A stretch of 64,000 nucleotides of DNA from positions 110,108-174,107 of IMG/VR virus record IMGVR_UViG_3300009158_000001. One strand, 5' to 3'. Every line of letters begins with the position of its first letter. The stretch's first letter is position 1. Shown here in pieces: positions 35,051-44,562 of this stretch. Below the pieces are notes generated by a model. The model was not told the DNA's origin, searched no databases, and saw nothing but the letters and a program-made list of their open reading frames with translations. The stretch is from a virus. The translations under genes and the position numbers were made by a program.

Positions 35051-36430
35051 ATGCAGCAATATACTAAGCCGTTTCGGCTATTGATGAACGACAATCCTTT
35101 CTTTGGATTGTATCTATTGGGTGTCAATAAGTATGAGGTCGATCATTCGATTCCTATCGCGGCAGTTGCGATGGAAGGATACAACTTTAAGTTGTTGCTT
35201 AGAAAAGGTGCGTATCTTGATATGCCCGCTGAGCATCAGGTTGGTGTACTAAAGCATGAGATTCTTCATATCTCACTTGGCCACTTGAGTCCTTACTATC
35301 GTAACCGTTGTCCTGATCATAAGATCTTTAATATTGCTGCTGATCTTGAGATCAATCAGTACATTGAAAGATCCGAGCTCCCAGAAGGCTGTATCCACAT
35401 GGATACCTTCCCAGATTATGACTTGCCTGAGAAGGCAGGTACTGTCTTCTACTATGATTTTCTAAAGCAGAAGATTGAAGACTTGAAAGGAGAGTATCCT
35501 GAGGAATTCTATGGAGATCCCTGTCCTGGTGATGGACCAGACCAGGGCCCTAAGAATCCTGGTGATAGTCCTGATGGCGGTCAGGATGGGCAAGAAGGAT
35601 CTTCTCCTGCTCCATCAGGAGATAAAGATGGTGACTCTGAAAGTCAGTCTGGCAAAGGTCCATCCAAGGCAGATCAGAATCTAATGGATATGTATGGCCA
35701 GGGCGATCCTAGTCATAGCCAGTGGGACAAGCCAGACCTTGAGCCTGGTGAAGATTCTACGGGCTACTGGGAAGCGGTCGATGAGATCCGTCGTCAGCAG
35801 GTTCGTAGAGCTTACCATGAGACTATTCGTCAGTCTGGATCTACTGCTCGCGGCTATATCCCTGGTAACCTACTTTCAGAGATTGATCGTCTTCTTGAAA
35901 AGAAGGATCCAGTTACTAACTGGAAAGCTTACTTCAGAAGATTCATTGCTGCGAGTACTAGCGTAATTGTAAAGAAGACTAAGCGTAAGGAATCTATTCG
36001 TTTTCTTGGTCAGCCTGGTCTCAAGTTCAATCCTAAGCATAAGTTGCTTATTGCAATTGACACTAGCGGTAGCGTTAGTGATCAGGAGTTGGCAAACTTT
36101 ATGGCAGAACTAGAGTTTATCTCTAAGACTGGTGCAAAGATGACGCTTCTTCATTGCGATGCTGCGATTGCTAAGGTTGAAGAATATTCTAAGCAGAATA
36201 CTGTTAAAATCTATGGCCGTGGTGGTACTGATTTTGATCCTCCTGTTCAGTATATGAATAGGAATAAGAGCAAGTATACTTGTCTTGTTTATTTTAGTGA
36301 TGGAGCATGTACTCCTCCGTCTATTAAGACGACTAAGCCTATTCTTTGGGTTATGACTCGCGGTGAACGTGAGCAATACAAGGACCAAAAGTTTCCTGGC
36401 GATGTTGTTATTATGAAGGAAGTTCTTTAG
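35051..36430 (+). CDS. Metallopeptidase-like + VWA domain protein (DUF2201 type)
   Basis: HEILH, NIAADLEINQ, IDTSGS, GRGGTDF, YFSDG. Confidence 0.9.
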   Translation: MQQYTKPFRLLMNDNPFFGLYLLGVNKYEVDHSIPIAAVAMEGYNFKLLLRKGAYLDMPAEHQVGVLKHEILHISLGHLSPYYRNRCPDHKIFNIAADLEINQYIERSELPEGCIHMDTFPDYDLPEKAGTVFYYDFLKQKIEDLKGEYPEEFYGDPCPGDGPDQGPKNPGDSPDGGQDGQEGSSPAPSGDKDGDSESQSGKGPSKADQNLMDMYGQGDPSHSQWDKPDLEPGEDSTGYWEAVDEIRRQQVRRAYHETIRQSGSTARGYIPGNLLSEIDRLLEKKDPVTNWKAYFRRFIAASTSVIVKKTKRKESIRFLGQPGLKFNPKHKLLIAIDTSGSVSDQELANFMAELEFISKTGAKMTLLHCDAAIAKVEEYSKQNTVKIYGRGGTDFDPPVQYMNRNKSKYTCLVYFSDGACTPPSIKTTKPILWVMTRGEREQYKDQKFPGDVVIMKEVL

Positions 36431-36514
36431 AACTTTTTGATTATTAATTAAAGTAAAACAGATTAAAGTATTCTTTACTATTTATCCTAATACCTTATAA
36501 CCAAGGATAAATAA

Positions 36515-37708
36515 ATGTCTCAAATTAAGATTGATGATAGTCTAATTCTCAACTCTCGTGAAATTGTTACGTTTCTCGAGCATGTAATTCGTACCAATAG
36601 GAATCTTCAAGACCGTGGGATGATGCCTACTGCTGTTAACATCGAGGGTCATGCTGGTCTTGGTAAGACTTCTACTGTCCTTCAGGTTGCTCAGCGCAAT
36701 GATCTTCACATGGTCAAGATTAATCTTGCACAGTGTGAGGAGCTTGGCGATATCGTAGGCTTTCCTGTTAAGGAATATGAACGCGAGAATGGTACTTGGA
36801 TTACCAGTGACCACCTTAGTGTCCTTACTGGTGACCATCTTGATAGCAATCCCTTGACTGGTCAGGCTCGTATGGGCTATGCCGTTCCTTCATGGATTCA
36901 GGGCCGGAGTGATAAGGGTGGCATCCTTCTCTTGGATGACTATACTCGTGCAGACCCCCGCTATATGCAGGCTGTCATGGAGCTTATTGACCGTCAGGAG
37001 TACATTAGCTTCAAGCTCCCGAAGGGCTGGACGATTGTCCTGACTAGTAACCCTGCTAATGATAATTACATGGTTCAGGAGATCGACAATGCCATGAAGA
37101 CTCGTTTCATTACGATTCAGTATGGCTTCGATGCAGAGACTTGGGCTACCTGGGCAGAGCAGAATGCGCTAGACCAGCGTTGTATCAACTTTGTTCTTAA
37201 GCATCCTGAGATTATGTCTCCTGAGAAGATTAATCCGCGTTCAATCGTGCATTTCTTTAATCAGATTAGCGACTTCAAGGACTTCAAGAAGCAGCTTAAG
37301 TTTATTCGACTTGTCGGTGATGCCAGCTGTGGTCCTGAGACTACCAGTCTCTTTATCAACTTCATTAATGATGAGCTAGATAAGCTTCCTGATATTCGTG
37401 CTGCTTACGATCACAAGGATGTTGATTTCCTTGGCAATCAGATCCGCAGTGCTACGAATACTGACGGTACCTACAAGGCAGCAATCGCAAGCATTCTTGC
37501 TACTCGACTTGTAATTTTCCTTAATCAGCTTCACTCTAAGAAGCCTGTTGATAAGGGAACCAAGGATCGGCTTACGCATATTGTGAAGGAAAAGATCTTT
37601 ATGGAAGATCTGACCCGTCATATTTGTCAGTCTCTTATTGCGAATAATGATAAGTTCGCAAGTCTTGCAATGCAGCAAGAGTTTTCTAGCTACGTCCTTG
37701 GGGCGTAA
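36515..37708 (+). CDS. MoxR-like AAA+ ATPase
   Basis: Walker A GHAGLGKT, Walker B LLLDD, TSNP, RF, NPRS. Confidence 0.9.
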   Translation: MSQIKIDDSLILNSREIVTFLEHVIRTNRNLQDRGMMPTAVNIEGHAGLGKTSTVLQVAQRNDLHMVKINLAQCEELGDIVGFPVKEYERENGTWITSDHLSVLTGDHLDSNPLTGQARMGYAVPSWIQGRSDKGGILLLDDYTRADPRYMQAVMELIDRQEYISFKLPKGWTIVLTSNPANDNYMVQEIDNAMKTRFITIQYGFDAETWATWAEQNALDQRCINFVLKHPEIMSPEKINPRSIVHFFNQISDFKDFKKQLKFIRLVGDASCGPETTSLFINFINDELDKLPDIRAAYDHKDVDFLGNQIRSATNTDGTYKAAIASILATRLVIFLNQLHSKKPVDKGTKDRLTHIVKEKIFMEDLTRHICQSLIANNDKFASLAMQQEFSSYVLGA

Positions 37709-37722
37709 GGGTAAGGATAACA

Positions 37723-39990
37723 ATGATTGGGAGAAAGTCTAATATAAAGTCTATTGTTCTCGATATTGTTGCAACTAAACCAAATGATTCTAGTACTTAT
37801 CTTCTTAATAATATTAAGTATAATCTAGATAACATTTTGGTGTCCGAGTGGGATACAGTTTGTTGTATTCCCAACCAGGGTACCCGGCATCATTATAATG
37901 GTCGTGGTAGATTGCCTATTCCTTTTTACAACGAAGGCTCATCTTGTGATCTTGTTGTTACTCAGGAAGAAGCAGTGCGTCGTCTTGGAATGCAGTATGT
38001 TGATATCTCAACCAAGCCAATTCCTAATGACTCTACAATTGCTTTTGGCTCTGGCTATTACTCCAATGACGAGCAAAAAGCTTTTGCCTTAAAGTATGAT
38101 TGTAGCATTGCAAAGGCTCCTAGCAAGACACAGTATTATGTTTTGTCTAGCGATGAAGAGCGCTCTCTTAATCATATTGTAAAGTATCCTCAGGGTATGA
38201 TGAAGGCTGCTCCTATTAAGGCAGTTATTGCAACACCACATGCTATTAAGAATGCTCTTGAGCGGCATTTTCTAGACAATCAATTAGAAATCAAGGATAA
38301 CATTGTTAAGTTACTTGTTGGTACTCGTTCAATGGACTCTAGCGGTGCTACTAGTCGCGGCAATTATCAACATAGTCCTTACGAAGGAATACTTGAAGCT
38401 ATTAAGTATGGTTATCTTGGCCCTGTTTATAGCAGTCCTTACTCTGATTTGAAGATAGAGGAAATTCCAGGCAGAGGCCGTGTACTCAGCTCTCCTCATT
38501 TTACCTTTGACTGGGGATGGCAAAATCGCATCCTCAGAGGACTAGATATCCCAAAATCTACTACTGGATTTGCACATATATATAATGTTCCCATGCTTTA
38601 TATGTCTTTTATGTCTGATGCAGACATCTTAGATCTTAAGAATGGCCCTAAGCTTGAAATGCCTTTGGCTCAATGGAATGAGTGGCAGGCTAGGTGGGAA
38701 AGAAAGACTACTGGACAATACTATGGCAATAGCTATGGTCTTAACAGTGGATCATTTTCTTCTGAAGTTATTCCTGCAAAGCTAGAGATTGATCTTTTAG
38801 ATACTGAGCACTACGAAGTTATAAATACTGATAGATATATTGCACTGGAAACTCATTTTGATTCACTAGACCGTTTGTTTGGATTTCTTTCTGAGAATCC
38901 TGACATTACGGTTGTAAGTGAAAGTACGTTTGTCTCTCAGTTAAAGCAAAGTAATCCTACTTTGAATCTTACAACATATGATTCCTTGTATGGAATGTTC
39001 CGAAGCGAAGATCAGAACACTAGAAAGACTGCAAGTAAAATGCTTCAGTCTTTTGACTTGCCTGAACTTGCTCCAGATCAAAACTATAATGGATCTATTT
39101 GGCAAAATTCCGAAGAGCCTAAGTCTTATGCTCTTCATATGGCTATGGATCTTGTGGCTAACTCTAATGTTACAGGCGCAAGCCTCAACAAGTGGGTTCA
39201 AAAGAAGGTTGGCGAGACTCTTACTAGTCTGGTCAATAGTCGTAGCAGAACCAGACATGGATATGCATCGACTCCTTATCAGTATGGCGTAAATAATTAT
39301 AGACGCACATTCTGTGGTTTCAATGAGAAGGATGCTCATCCAGCAATGCCCTATGATGATAGGGCTAAGTGGTACGAGATCGTAAATGCTATTAATGAAC
39401 TTATTCCTGCTTACTTTGACGAGCAGACAAAGCATATGCCTAAGTACTTTAATACTTTTACAATTTCTATTGTAAAGAATAAGACCTTTGAAGCATACAC
39501 TGCAATGTATGTGGATCTTACTAGCAGGGAAGACAGTCTTACCCAAGAGGAAAAGATTAATCTTGGATATCTTCAATTGTTTATGAGACATTACGTCGAG
39601 TATACATTTACAAGATACTACCTTGGTCAGAGCAATAATATTGGCTATGATTTGAATGTCAAATGTGGTGCCGATATCCCAGCTGTTGCCGATGCTAAGC
39701 TTATGAACTCAATTTTTGGTGAGTATAAGAAGAAGTTTATTCAAGCTAAGGCTAAGGCTCTTGCCAATCCTGTCAAGTACATGGAAATTCTAATCAAGAA
39801 CGAGACAGACTATCGAGTAAAGTATATTCATAGTCTTTCTGGATATAGATCTGAGTTAATTGCTGATTATGCTAATCAGTCATTTCTTTTAGGATTTCCT
39901 AAGAATATCATTACTCAAGGTCGTCCTGATATTACAGTACAGTCTACTGAAATTCTAGACGTATTTGACTACTATATCGCTAATCTTTAA
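37723..39990 (+). CDS. Hypothetical protein (755 aa)
   Basis: Long ORF with SD AAGGA; no motif recognised. Confidence 0.8.
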   Translation: MIGRKSNIKSIVLDIVATKPNDSSTYLLNNIKYNLDNILVSEWDTVCCIPNQGTRHHYNGRGRLPIPFYNEGSSCDLVVTQEEAVRRLGMQYVDISTKPIPNDSTIAFGSGYYSNDEQKAFALKYDCSIAKAPSKTQYYVLSSDEERSLNHIVKYPQGMMKAAPIKAVIATPHAIKNALERHFLDNQLEIKDNIVKLLVGTRSMDSSGATSRGNYQHSPYEGILEAIKYGYLGPVYSSPYSDLKIEEIPGRGRVLSSPHFTFDWGWQNRILRGLDIPKSTTGFAHIYNVPMLYMSFMSDADILDLKNGPKLEMPLAQWNEWQARWERKTTGQYYGNSYGLNSGSFSSEVIPAKLEIDLLDTEHYEVINTDRYIALETHFDSLDRLFGFLSENPDITVVSESTFVSQLKQSNPTLNLTTYDSLYGMFRSEDQNTRKTASKMLQSFDLPELAPDQNYNGSIWQNSEEPKSYALHMAMDLVANSNVTGASLNKWVQKKVGETLTSLVNSRSRTRHGYASTPYQYGVNNYRRTFCGFNEKDAHPAMPYDDRAKWYEIVNAINELIPAYFDEQTKHMPKYFNTFTISIVKNKTFEAYTAMYVDLTSREDSLTQEEKINLGYLQLFMRHYVEYTFTRYYLGQSNNIGYDLNVKCGADIPAVADAKLMNSIFGEYKKKFIQAKAKALANPVKYMEILIKNETDYRVKYIHSLSGYRSELIADYANQSFLLGFPKNIITQGRPDITVQSTEILDVFDYYIANL

Positions 39991-39998
39991 AGGAAAGT

Positions 39999-40673
39999 AT
40001 GTATCTTAAGTACGACAAAAGATTACTCTCAAAAGACAAACCATTTATTTTTGCCTGCTCAGGTGGGCCGGATAGTATGGCTTGCTTGCACTTCTTAACA
40101 AAGGGTAAGCATAGTCAGCATGGCATGGTGGTATTTATCCATCATGGCACAATAACCTCCGATCTTTCTGAAAAGATTGTTAGAGATTATTGTAAGGCTC
40201 ATTCTTGGCAGTTTAAGTCCTTGGCTATCAATCCAGATAGACCAATGGCTTCCAGTCAAGAAGAGTACTGGCGCGACGAGAGATACAGACTTTTTGGTCA
40301 AGTAGCAGCGAGTTTTAGCGCTTGTGAAATTATTACAGCTCATCACTTAGATGATGCTGTCGAAACATACCTTTTTAATACGTTGAATGGCAAAGCTTAT
40401 ACTATGCCAGTCAGTCGTCGTTTAAAAGAAGATTCAGATGTCTTTGTAGTTAGACCTTTCATTAGAAACAAAAAAGAATCTTTACTAATGTATTGCAAGG
40501 AAAATAATCTTTGCTATTATGTTGATCCAACTAATTTTGATGGCTCAAACATGAGATCTTACATTAGGAAGAACATTGTGCCTCAAGCACTATTCGTAAA
40601 TGCTGGTCTATATACTGTAGTGGAAAAGATTCTTTATCCACCAAATAATAAAGTACTATTTGAATACATTTAG
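39999..40673 (+). CDS. tilS: tRNA(Ile)-lysidine synthetase (catalytic domain only)
   Basis: PP-loop CSGGPDS, R..RY, TAHHLDDAVET, RPF, DPTN, R..IR. Confidence 0.85.
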   Translation: MYLKYDKRLLSKDKPFIFACSGGPDSMACLHFLTKGKHSQHGMVVFIHHGTITSDLSEKIVRDYCKAHSWQFKSLAINPDRPMASSQEEYWRDERYRLFGQVAASFSACEIITAHHLDDAVETYLFNTLNGKAYTMPVSRRLKEDSDVFVVRPFIRNKKESLLMYCKENNLCYYVDPTNFDGSNMRSYIRKNIVPQALFVNAGLYTVVEKILYPPNNKVLFEYI

Positions 40674-40732
40674 AAAAGTAATTGTACTATGGTGCAATTT
40701 GCTTTTCTTGGGGATGGGATATCCCCTCTTTT

Positions 40733-40813
40733 GGACTGGCCTCCGAATTGGTTACGGAATTCCGCTCATAACGGAACGCGCAAGCTATGTGGGTTCGACC
40801 CCCACCCAGTCTA
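40733..40813 (+). tRNA. tRNA with CAT anticodon (likely Ile2), extended variable region
   Basis: Acceptor GGACTGG/CCAGTCT; D stem TCCG/CGGA; TTCCG-CTCATAA-CGGAA; T arm GTGGG-TTCGACC-CCCAC. Confidence 0.8.
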
Positions 40814-40838
40814 CTTTATAAAAATAAATGAGGATATT

Positions 40839-41345
40839 ATGAATTGTATTTCTTGCGGAAACCAAACTACAAATCCAAAGTTTTGCGCAAGATCTTGTGC
40901 GGCTAAATTTAATAATAAAATAAAGCCAAAGAGAATTTCATCTAATAAATGCAAATCTTGTAGTTTATCAATCTCACATAATAAGACATATTGCATGGTT
41001 TGTGACTCAAAAAGGATTAGATATCCCATAGAGACTAAGACATTGCAAGAATCTATTGATTCTGTTGGTAAGACTGCTAATAGATATAGGTCTATTAGGG
41101 ATTCTGCAAGAAATAAACTTATTGCTTCAGGCATTCCAACCTGTTGTAATAATTGCAATTATAATAAACATGTTGAAGTTTGTCATATTAAATCTATATC
41201 ATCTTTCCCTCTGGATACTAAAATCGCAGAGATTAATAATATTTCTAATTTAATTTATCTTTGTCCAAATTGCCATTGGGAATTTGATAATGATCTGTTG
41301 GATATTAATCTAATTTTTGCGACGGTAACTCAGTTGGTAGAGTAG
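40839..41345 (+). CDS. Free-standing HNH homing endonuclease
   Basis: KFCARSC zinc motif, EVCHIK, NLIYLCPNCH; SD GAGG before ATG 40839. Confidence 0.85.
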   Translation: MNCISCGNQTTNPKFCARSCAAKFNNKIKPKRISSNKCKSCSLSISHNKTYCMVCDSKRIRYPIETKTLQESIDSVGKTANRYRSIRDSARNKLIASGIPTCCNNCNYNKHVEVCHIKSISSFPLDTKIAEINNISNLIYLCPNCHWEFDNDLLDINLIFATVTQLVE

Positions 41346-41391
41346 CGGACTTTTAATCCGTCAGTCGAGGGTTCGAGCCCCTCCCGTCGTA
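41319..41391 (+). tRNA. tRNA-Lys(TTT)
   Basis: GCGACGG/CCGTCGT; GCGGA-CTTTTAA-TCCGT. Confidence 0.92.
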
Positions 41392-41424
41392 CTTGTACGG
41401 TACTTGTACGTGTACTTGTACGGT
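41389..41424. repeat. Three tandem GTACTTGTACG copies in the tRNA spacer
   Basis: Read directly from the sequence. Confidence 0.8.
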
Positions 41425-41438
41425 ATCTTATTGTTAAT

Positions 41439-41513
41439 CGGGATGTAGCGCAGTGGTAGCGCGCTTGCTTTGGGAGCAAGATGTCGCAGGTTCGATCCCT
41501 GTCATCCCGACCA
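41439..41513 (+). tRNA. tRNA-Pro(TGG)
   Basis: CGGGATG/CATCCCG; CTTGC-TTTGGGA-GCAAG; encoded CCA. Confidence 0.95.
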
Positions 41514-41514
41514 T

Positions 41515-41587
41515 GCTTCAATAGCTCAGTTGGTAGAGCCCTGGTTTTGTAAACCAGTGGTCGTAGGTTCGAGTCCTACTTGAAGCA
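41515..41587 (+). tRNA. tRNA-Thr(TGT)
   Basis: GCTTCAA/TTGAAGC; CTGGT-TTTGTAA-ACCAG. Confidence 0.93.
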
Positions 41588-41635
41588 CTTATAATTAGTT
41601 ATTTGAAAATTAATCTGTAACAAAGGAGATATATT

Positions 41636-41950
41636 ATGTTGTATCCTCATGCTGATACTTTTTGGATTCCTAGTCTTGCTGGTGATTATCATACAGTTCA
41701 GACTCCAAGAGGGCCGCTTACGGCTTATATTGTAGAACAGACTGATGAGATTAGACTTATTCGGCGCGATCCGTTTAGCCAAGTGTATTATGTTCTTGAT
41801 CCTCAAATGTCTGGTAGCACATTCATGATGTCTGTTGCAGAATGGAATGGTGGCAAGATGGTACAAGACGCATTCCCTATGCTTAGGTCAGAGGAGCGTG
41901 AATTCCTTCTTACTGGCATGGTAGACAGCTGGCCTGTTAAGGAACTATGA
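41636..41950 (+). CDS. Hypothetical phage protein
   Basis: C-terminal VQDAFPML..EEREFLLTG pattern seen in phage proteins; SD AAGGAG. Confidence 0.75.
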   Translation: MLYPHADTFWIPSLAGDYHTVQTPRGPLTAYIVEQTDEIRLIRRDPFSQVYYVLDPQMSGSTFMMSVAEWNGGKMVQDAFPMLRSEEREFLLTGMVDSWPVKEL

Positions 41951-43086
41951 TCACACTTGGCTATTGTTGTAATAGCATAGGGACGCATAAAACTAACTTT
42001 AAGACTATTACTCTTAAGAAAATTAAGACTCTTGACTTTTGGCCAGTTCCGTTTGATGGCAGTTGGCGTCATCTTGATGACTGGTATGCGCACTATGATC
42101 ATATGGAAAGCGGCGCTAAAGTTCTTTTCAATATCTATGTTCATAATATTAAAGAGCTAATTGCTGTTCTAGATTACAACATTGCTAACAATATTAAGTT
42201 GTATAGAATTAGCAGTAGCCTTTTCCCGTTATGGAGTTATAACGTTAGCATACACCACTTTAAACCATCTAAAGTCTTTATCTCTATGATCAAAGGTAGG
42301 TTTGACGGTGCCTTTAATGGCCTTGAGCTTAAGCTGAAGAAGACTGTTCAAAAATATCTAGAAGGAGGCGGGCGATTAAGCATGCATCCTCCAGAGTTTG
42401 TTAGTCTTGGTGCTTCACCTGTTGTTCAGTTAGCATCTCAGTCAGAGCTCATTGCTCATGCTATGTTTCTTGACTGGATTGGCGCTCCTGAAGACTACTC
42501 TTGCCCTTTGAATATTCATGTTAGCAGAGGCGCTCAAGACCCAGCTATTACTGGAAATAATGTTAATGTTGGGTTACTACATATCCTTAAGATTTTTCCT
42601 AGTGCCTTTAAGCGAATTGTTCTTGAAACAGAGGATAAAGGTTGCTGGACATGGCAAAAACTTATTAAACATTTTCCTGGCATGCCTATTACATTAGATG
42701 TTCATCACTGGAAGATTAACAATGAAGGAGAATCGCTCACTGAAGCTCTTGAAGCATGTGCCGCTACGTGGAAAACACGTACTCCTTATGTTAAGAATAT
42801 TCAGTTTGTAATAGATCATCCTTCTGAGATTAATAATACTTATTCTCAGCTGGATATTAGACGATATACAGACTTCTACTATTGGCGTTCTAAGACATAT
42901 AGTCCTTTAATGCATATTTCAGAAGGTAGAGATAAAGAATACGATAGATCTCATCATGATTATGTAAATGAGATTCCTGAGCTATTACTTTATGCACCTT
43001 TTGATATTAGTCTTGAGGTTGAAGCTAAGGCTAAAGATTTAGCTTATTTTGCATTGCGTGACAAGTATAAAGAACTTGTGGCGTAA
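41947..43086 (+). CDS. uvsE: UV DNA damage endonuclease
   Basis: LGYCC, YRISSSLFP, SMHP.EFVSL, LETED, LDVHH, HISE, H.D, EVEAKAKD. Confidence 0.9.
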   Translation: MITLGYCCNSIGTHKTNFKTITLKKIKTLDFWPVPFDGSWRHLDDWYAHYDHMESGAKVLFNIYVHNIKELIAVLDYNIANNIKLYRISSSLFPLWSYNVSIHHFKPSKVFISMIKGRFDGAFNGLELKLKKTVQKYLEGGGRLSMHPPEFVSLGASPVVQLASQSELIAHAMFLDWIGAPEDYSCPLNIHVSRGAQDPAITGNNVNVGLLHILKIFPSAFKRIVLETEDKGCWTWQKLIKHFPGMPITLDVHHWKINNEGESLTEALEACAATWKTRTPYVKNIQFVIDHPSEINNTYSQLDIRRYTDFYYWRSKTYSPLMHISEGRDKEYDRSHHDYVNEIPELLLYAPFDISLEVEAKAKDLAYFALRDKYKELVA

Positions 43087-43128
43087 TGCCTTTGCTCAGG
43101 TGGCGAAATCGGCATACGCAGCAGACTT

Positions 43129-43816
43129 ATAGAAAATTTGAGCCCTATAGGGGAAACCTTATAGGTGAACACAATCAAATTCGGTGAAGGCTAAACTAGT
43201 TTACTAGCATGCTAATACCGAGCTAAGCCTTAAATGGCAAACGCACAGTTTATTCTCCATTACCTATGCTATAATATTACTATGAGAAAATATAAAGATT
43301 ATACAGATCAGCAAATAATAGATGCTGTTAAGGCTAGTAAAAGCATTTCCCAAGTACTTAAAATTCTTGGGTTAAAGCAAGCTGGAGGTAATTACGCAAA
43401 TGTCCAACGGAATATCCAAAGACTATTGTGTGACACCTCTCACTTTACTGGCAAGGGTTGGAATAAAGATCAACAGTTGAAAGACTGGGGTTCTTATTCT
43501 AAAGCTGCTAATCTAAAACCTCATTTAATAAAAAAGCGTACTCATCAATGCGAACAATGTAATCTTTCAGAATGGCTTTCTGAGCAGATAAAATTGGAAA
43601 TACATCACATTGATGGAGACAGGACAAATAATGTAGAAGAAAACTTGCAGTTGCTTTGTCCAAACTGTCATTCTATGACAGACTCTTGGAGAAAAGCAAA
43701 CCATTTAAGGAAAGTGTAGAGACTAGACGGTTGTTACCTAATGTAGAAATACTATGGTAAAGGTATAGTCCAGACCACAAACGGCATATGCTGGTAGTGA
43801 AAACTATAGTGGTAAG
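43129..43816 (+). mobile_element. Group I intron in the tRNA-Leu anticodon (U^AA site)
   Basis: 5' exon ends in U and the intron ends in G; core elements P AAATTCGGTGAA, Q AATACCGAGC, R GTAGAGACTAGACG, S AAGGTATAGTCC. Confidence 0.9.
43282..43719 (+). CDS. Intron-encoded HNH homing endonuclease (alternative start 43234)
   Basis: CEQC, LEIHHIDGDRTNN, NLQLLCPNCH; enclosed by stem CCTTAAATGG (43228)/CCATTTAAGG (43701). Confidence 0.9.
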   Translation: MRKYKDYTDQQIIDAVKASKSISQVLKILGLKQAGGNYANVQRNIQRLLCDTSHFTGKGWNKDQQLKDWGSYSKAANLKPHLIKKRTHQCEQCNLSEWLSEQIKLEIHHIDGDRTNNVEENLQLLCPNCHSMTDSWRKANHLRKV

Positions 43817-43871
43817 AAAATCTGCCTTCCTCGGAATTACGGGTTCAAGTCCCGTCCTGAGCACTTATATT

Positions 43872-43953
43872 GGGAGTATCGCATAGTGGCAATTGCAGGG
43901 GACTGTAAATCCCCCGACTTCGGTCTACGTTGGTTCGAGTCCATCTACTCCCA
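43872..43953 (+). tRNA. tRNA-Tyr(GTA)
   Basis: GGGAGTA/TACTCCC; GGGGA-CTGTAAA-TCCCC; long variable arm. Confidence 0.92.
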
Positions 43954-43990
43954 CTTATTTATTTACTTTATCACTGGAGATTCTACTAGA

Positions 43991-44392
43991 ATGAAAGATG
44001 AACTAAATGAACTCTTAGATTATTTTGAGAAGTTAGGCCAGCGGGCTATTGCTTGCAAACATTGGCAATGGAAAATTGGCATGTCTACTAGTAGTAATCA
44101 ACGTGTTATTCGCATTGATTCTGATGGATATGTTCTAGGTTATCAAAGCTACATTAATTATCTAACACAGGTAACTCAAGATACAATTCCAGATCTCTCA
44201 GACTCTGCAACGCTTGGTTGCCTCTTGGTTTTGGTGCGCGCTGCCTGGGGCGATCCGTTTGCCATGCTTCTTGGGCATCAAAGTGGGTGGCATGTGCACA
44301 TACCAAGAGTTGACCACGACTATGATGGAGACACCGAAGCCGAGGCTTTAGTAGAAGCTCTTGAGGCTGCCTCACTACAATCCGCGCCATAA
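43991..44392 (+). CDS. Hypothetical protein, paralog of 44563-44928
   Basis: Shared W.W..GM, PD..D.AT.GCLL.LVR.A and ALE.A. Confidence 0.75.
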   Translation: MKDELNELLDYFEKLGQRAIACKHWQWKIGMSTSSNQRVIRIDSDGYVLGYQSYINYLTQVTQDTIPDLSDSATLGCLLVLVRAAWGDPFAMLLGHQSGWHVHIPRVDHDYDGDTEAEALVEALEAASLQSAP

Positions 44393-44562
44393 ATATCTAT
44401 TACTCCCTATTGAAGATCTAAATAATAACTGGAGACTTTTATGGAAGATTACGATCTAGAAGAGAGTGAAACTTATTGGGAAACAGCAATGCTTCATGGT
44501 ATTGCTGGTGTTAATGATTGTTATGATCTTGAGCCACCTTCTGGTGACAGAGAGGAATACTA

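Larger units (their letters stand above)
43094..43863 (+). tRNA. tRNA-Leu(TAA), exons 43094-43128 and 43817-43863
   Basis: Joining the exons gives GCAGA-CTTAAAA-TCTGC; acceptor GCTCAGG/CCTGAGC; long variable arm. Confidence 0.9.

Noticed and set aside
40689-40838. N-terminal extensions in the ORF track (40689, also 23984 and 43886)
   Set aside because: They run through tRNA genes; downstream SD-led ATGs (40839, 24104, 43991) are the better starts.
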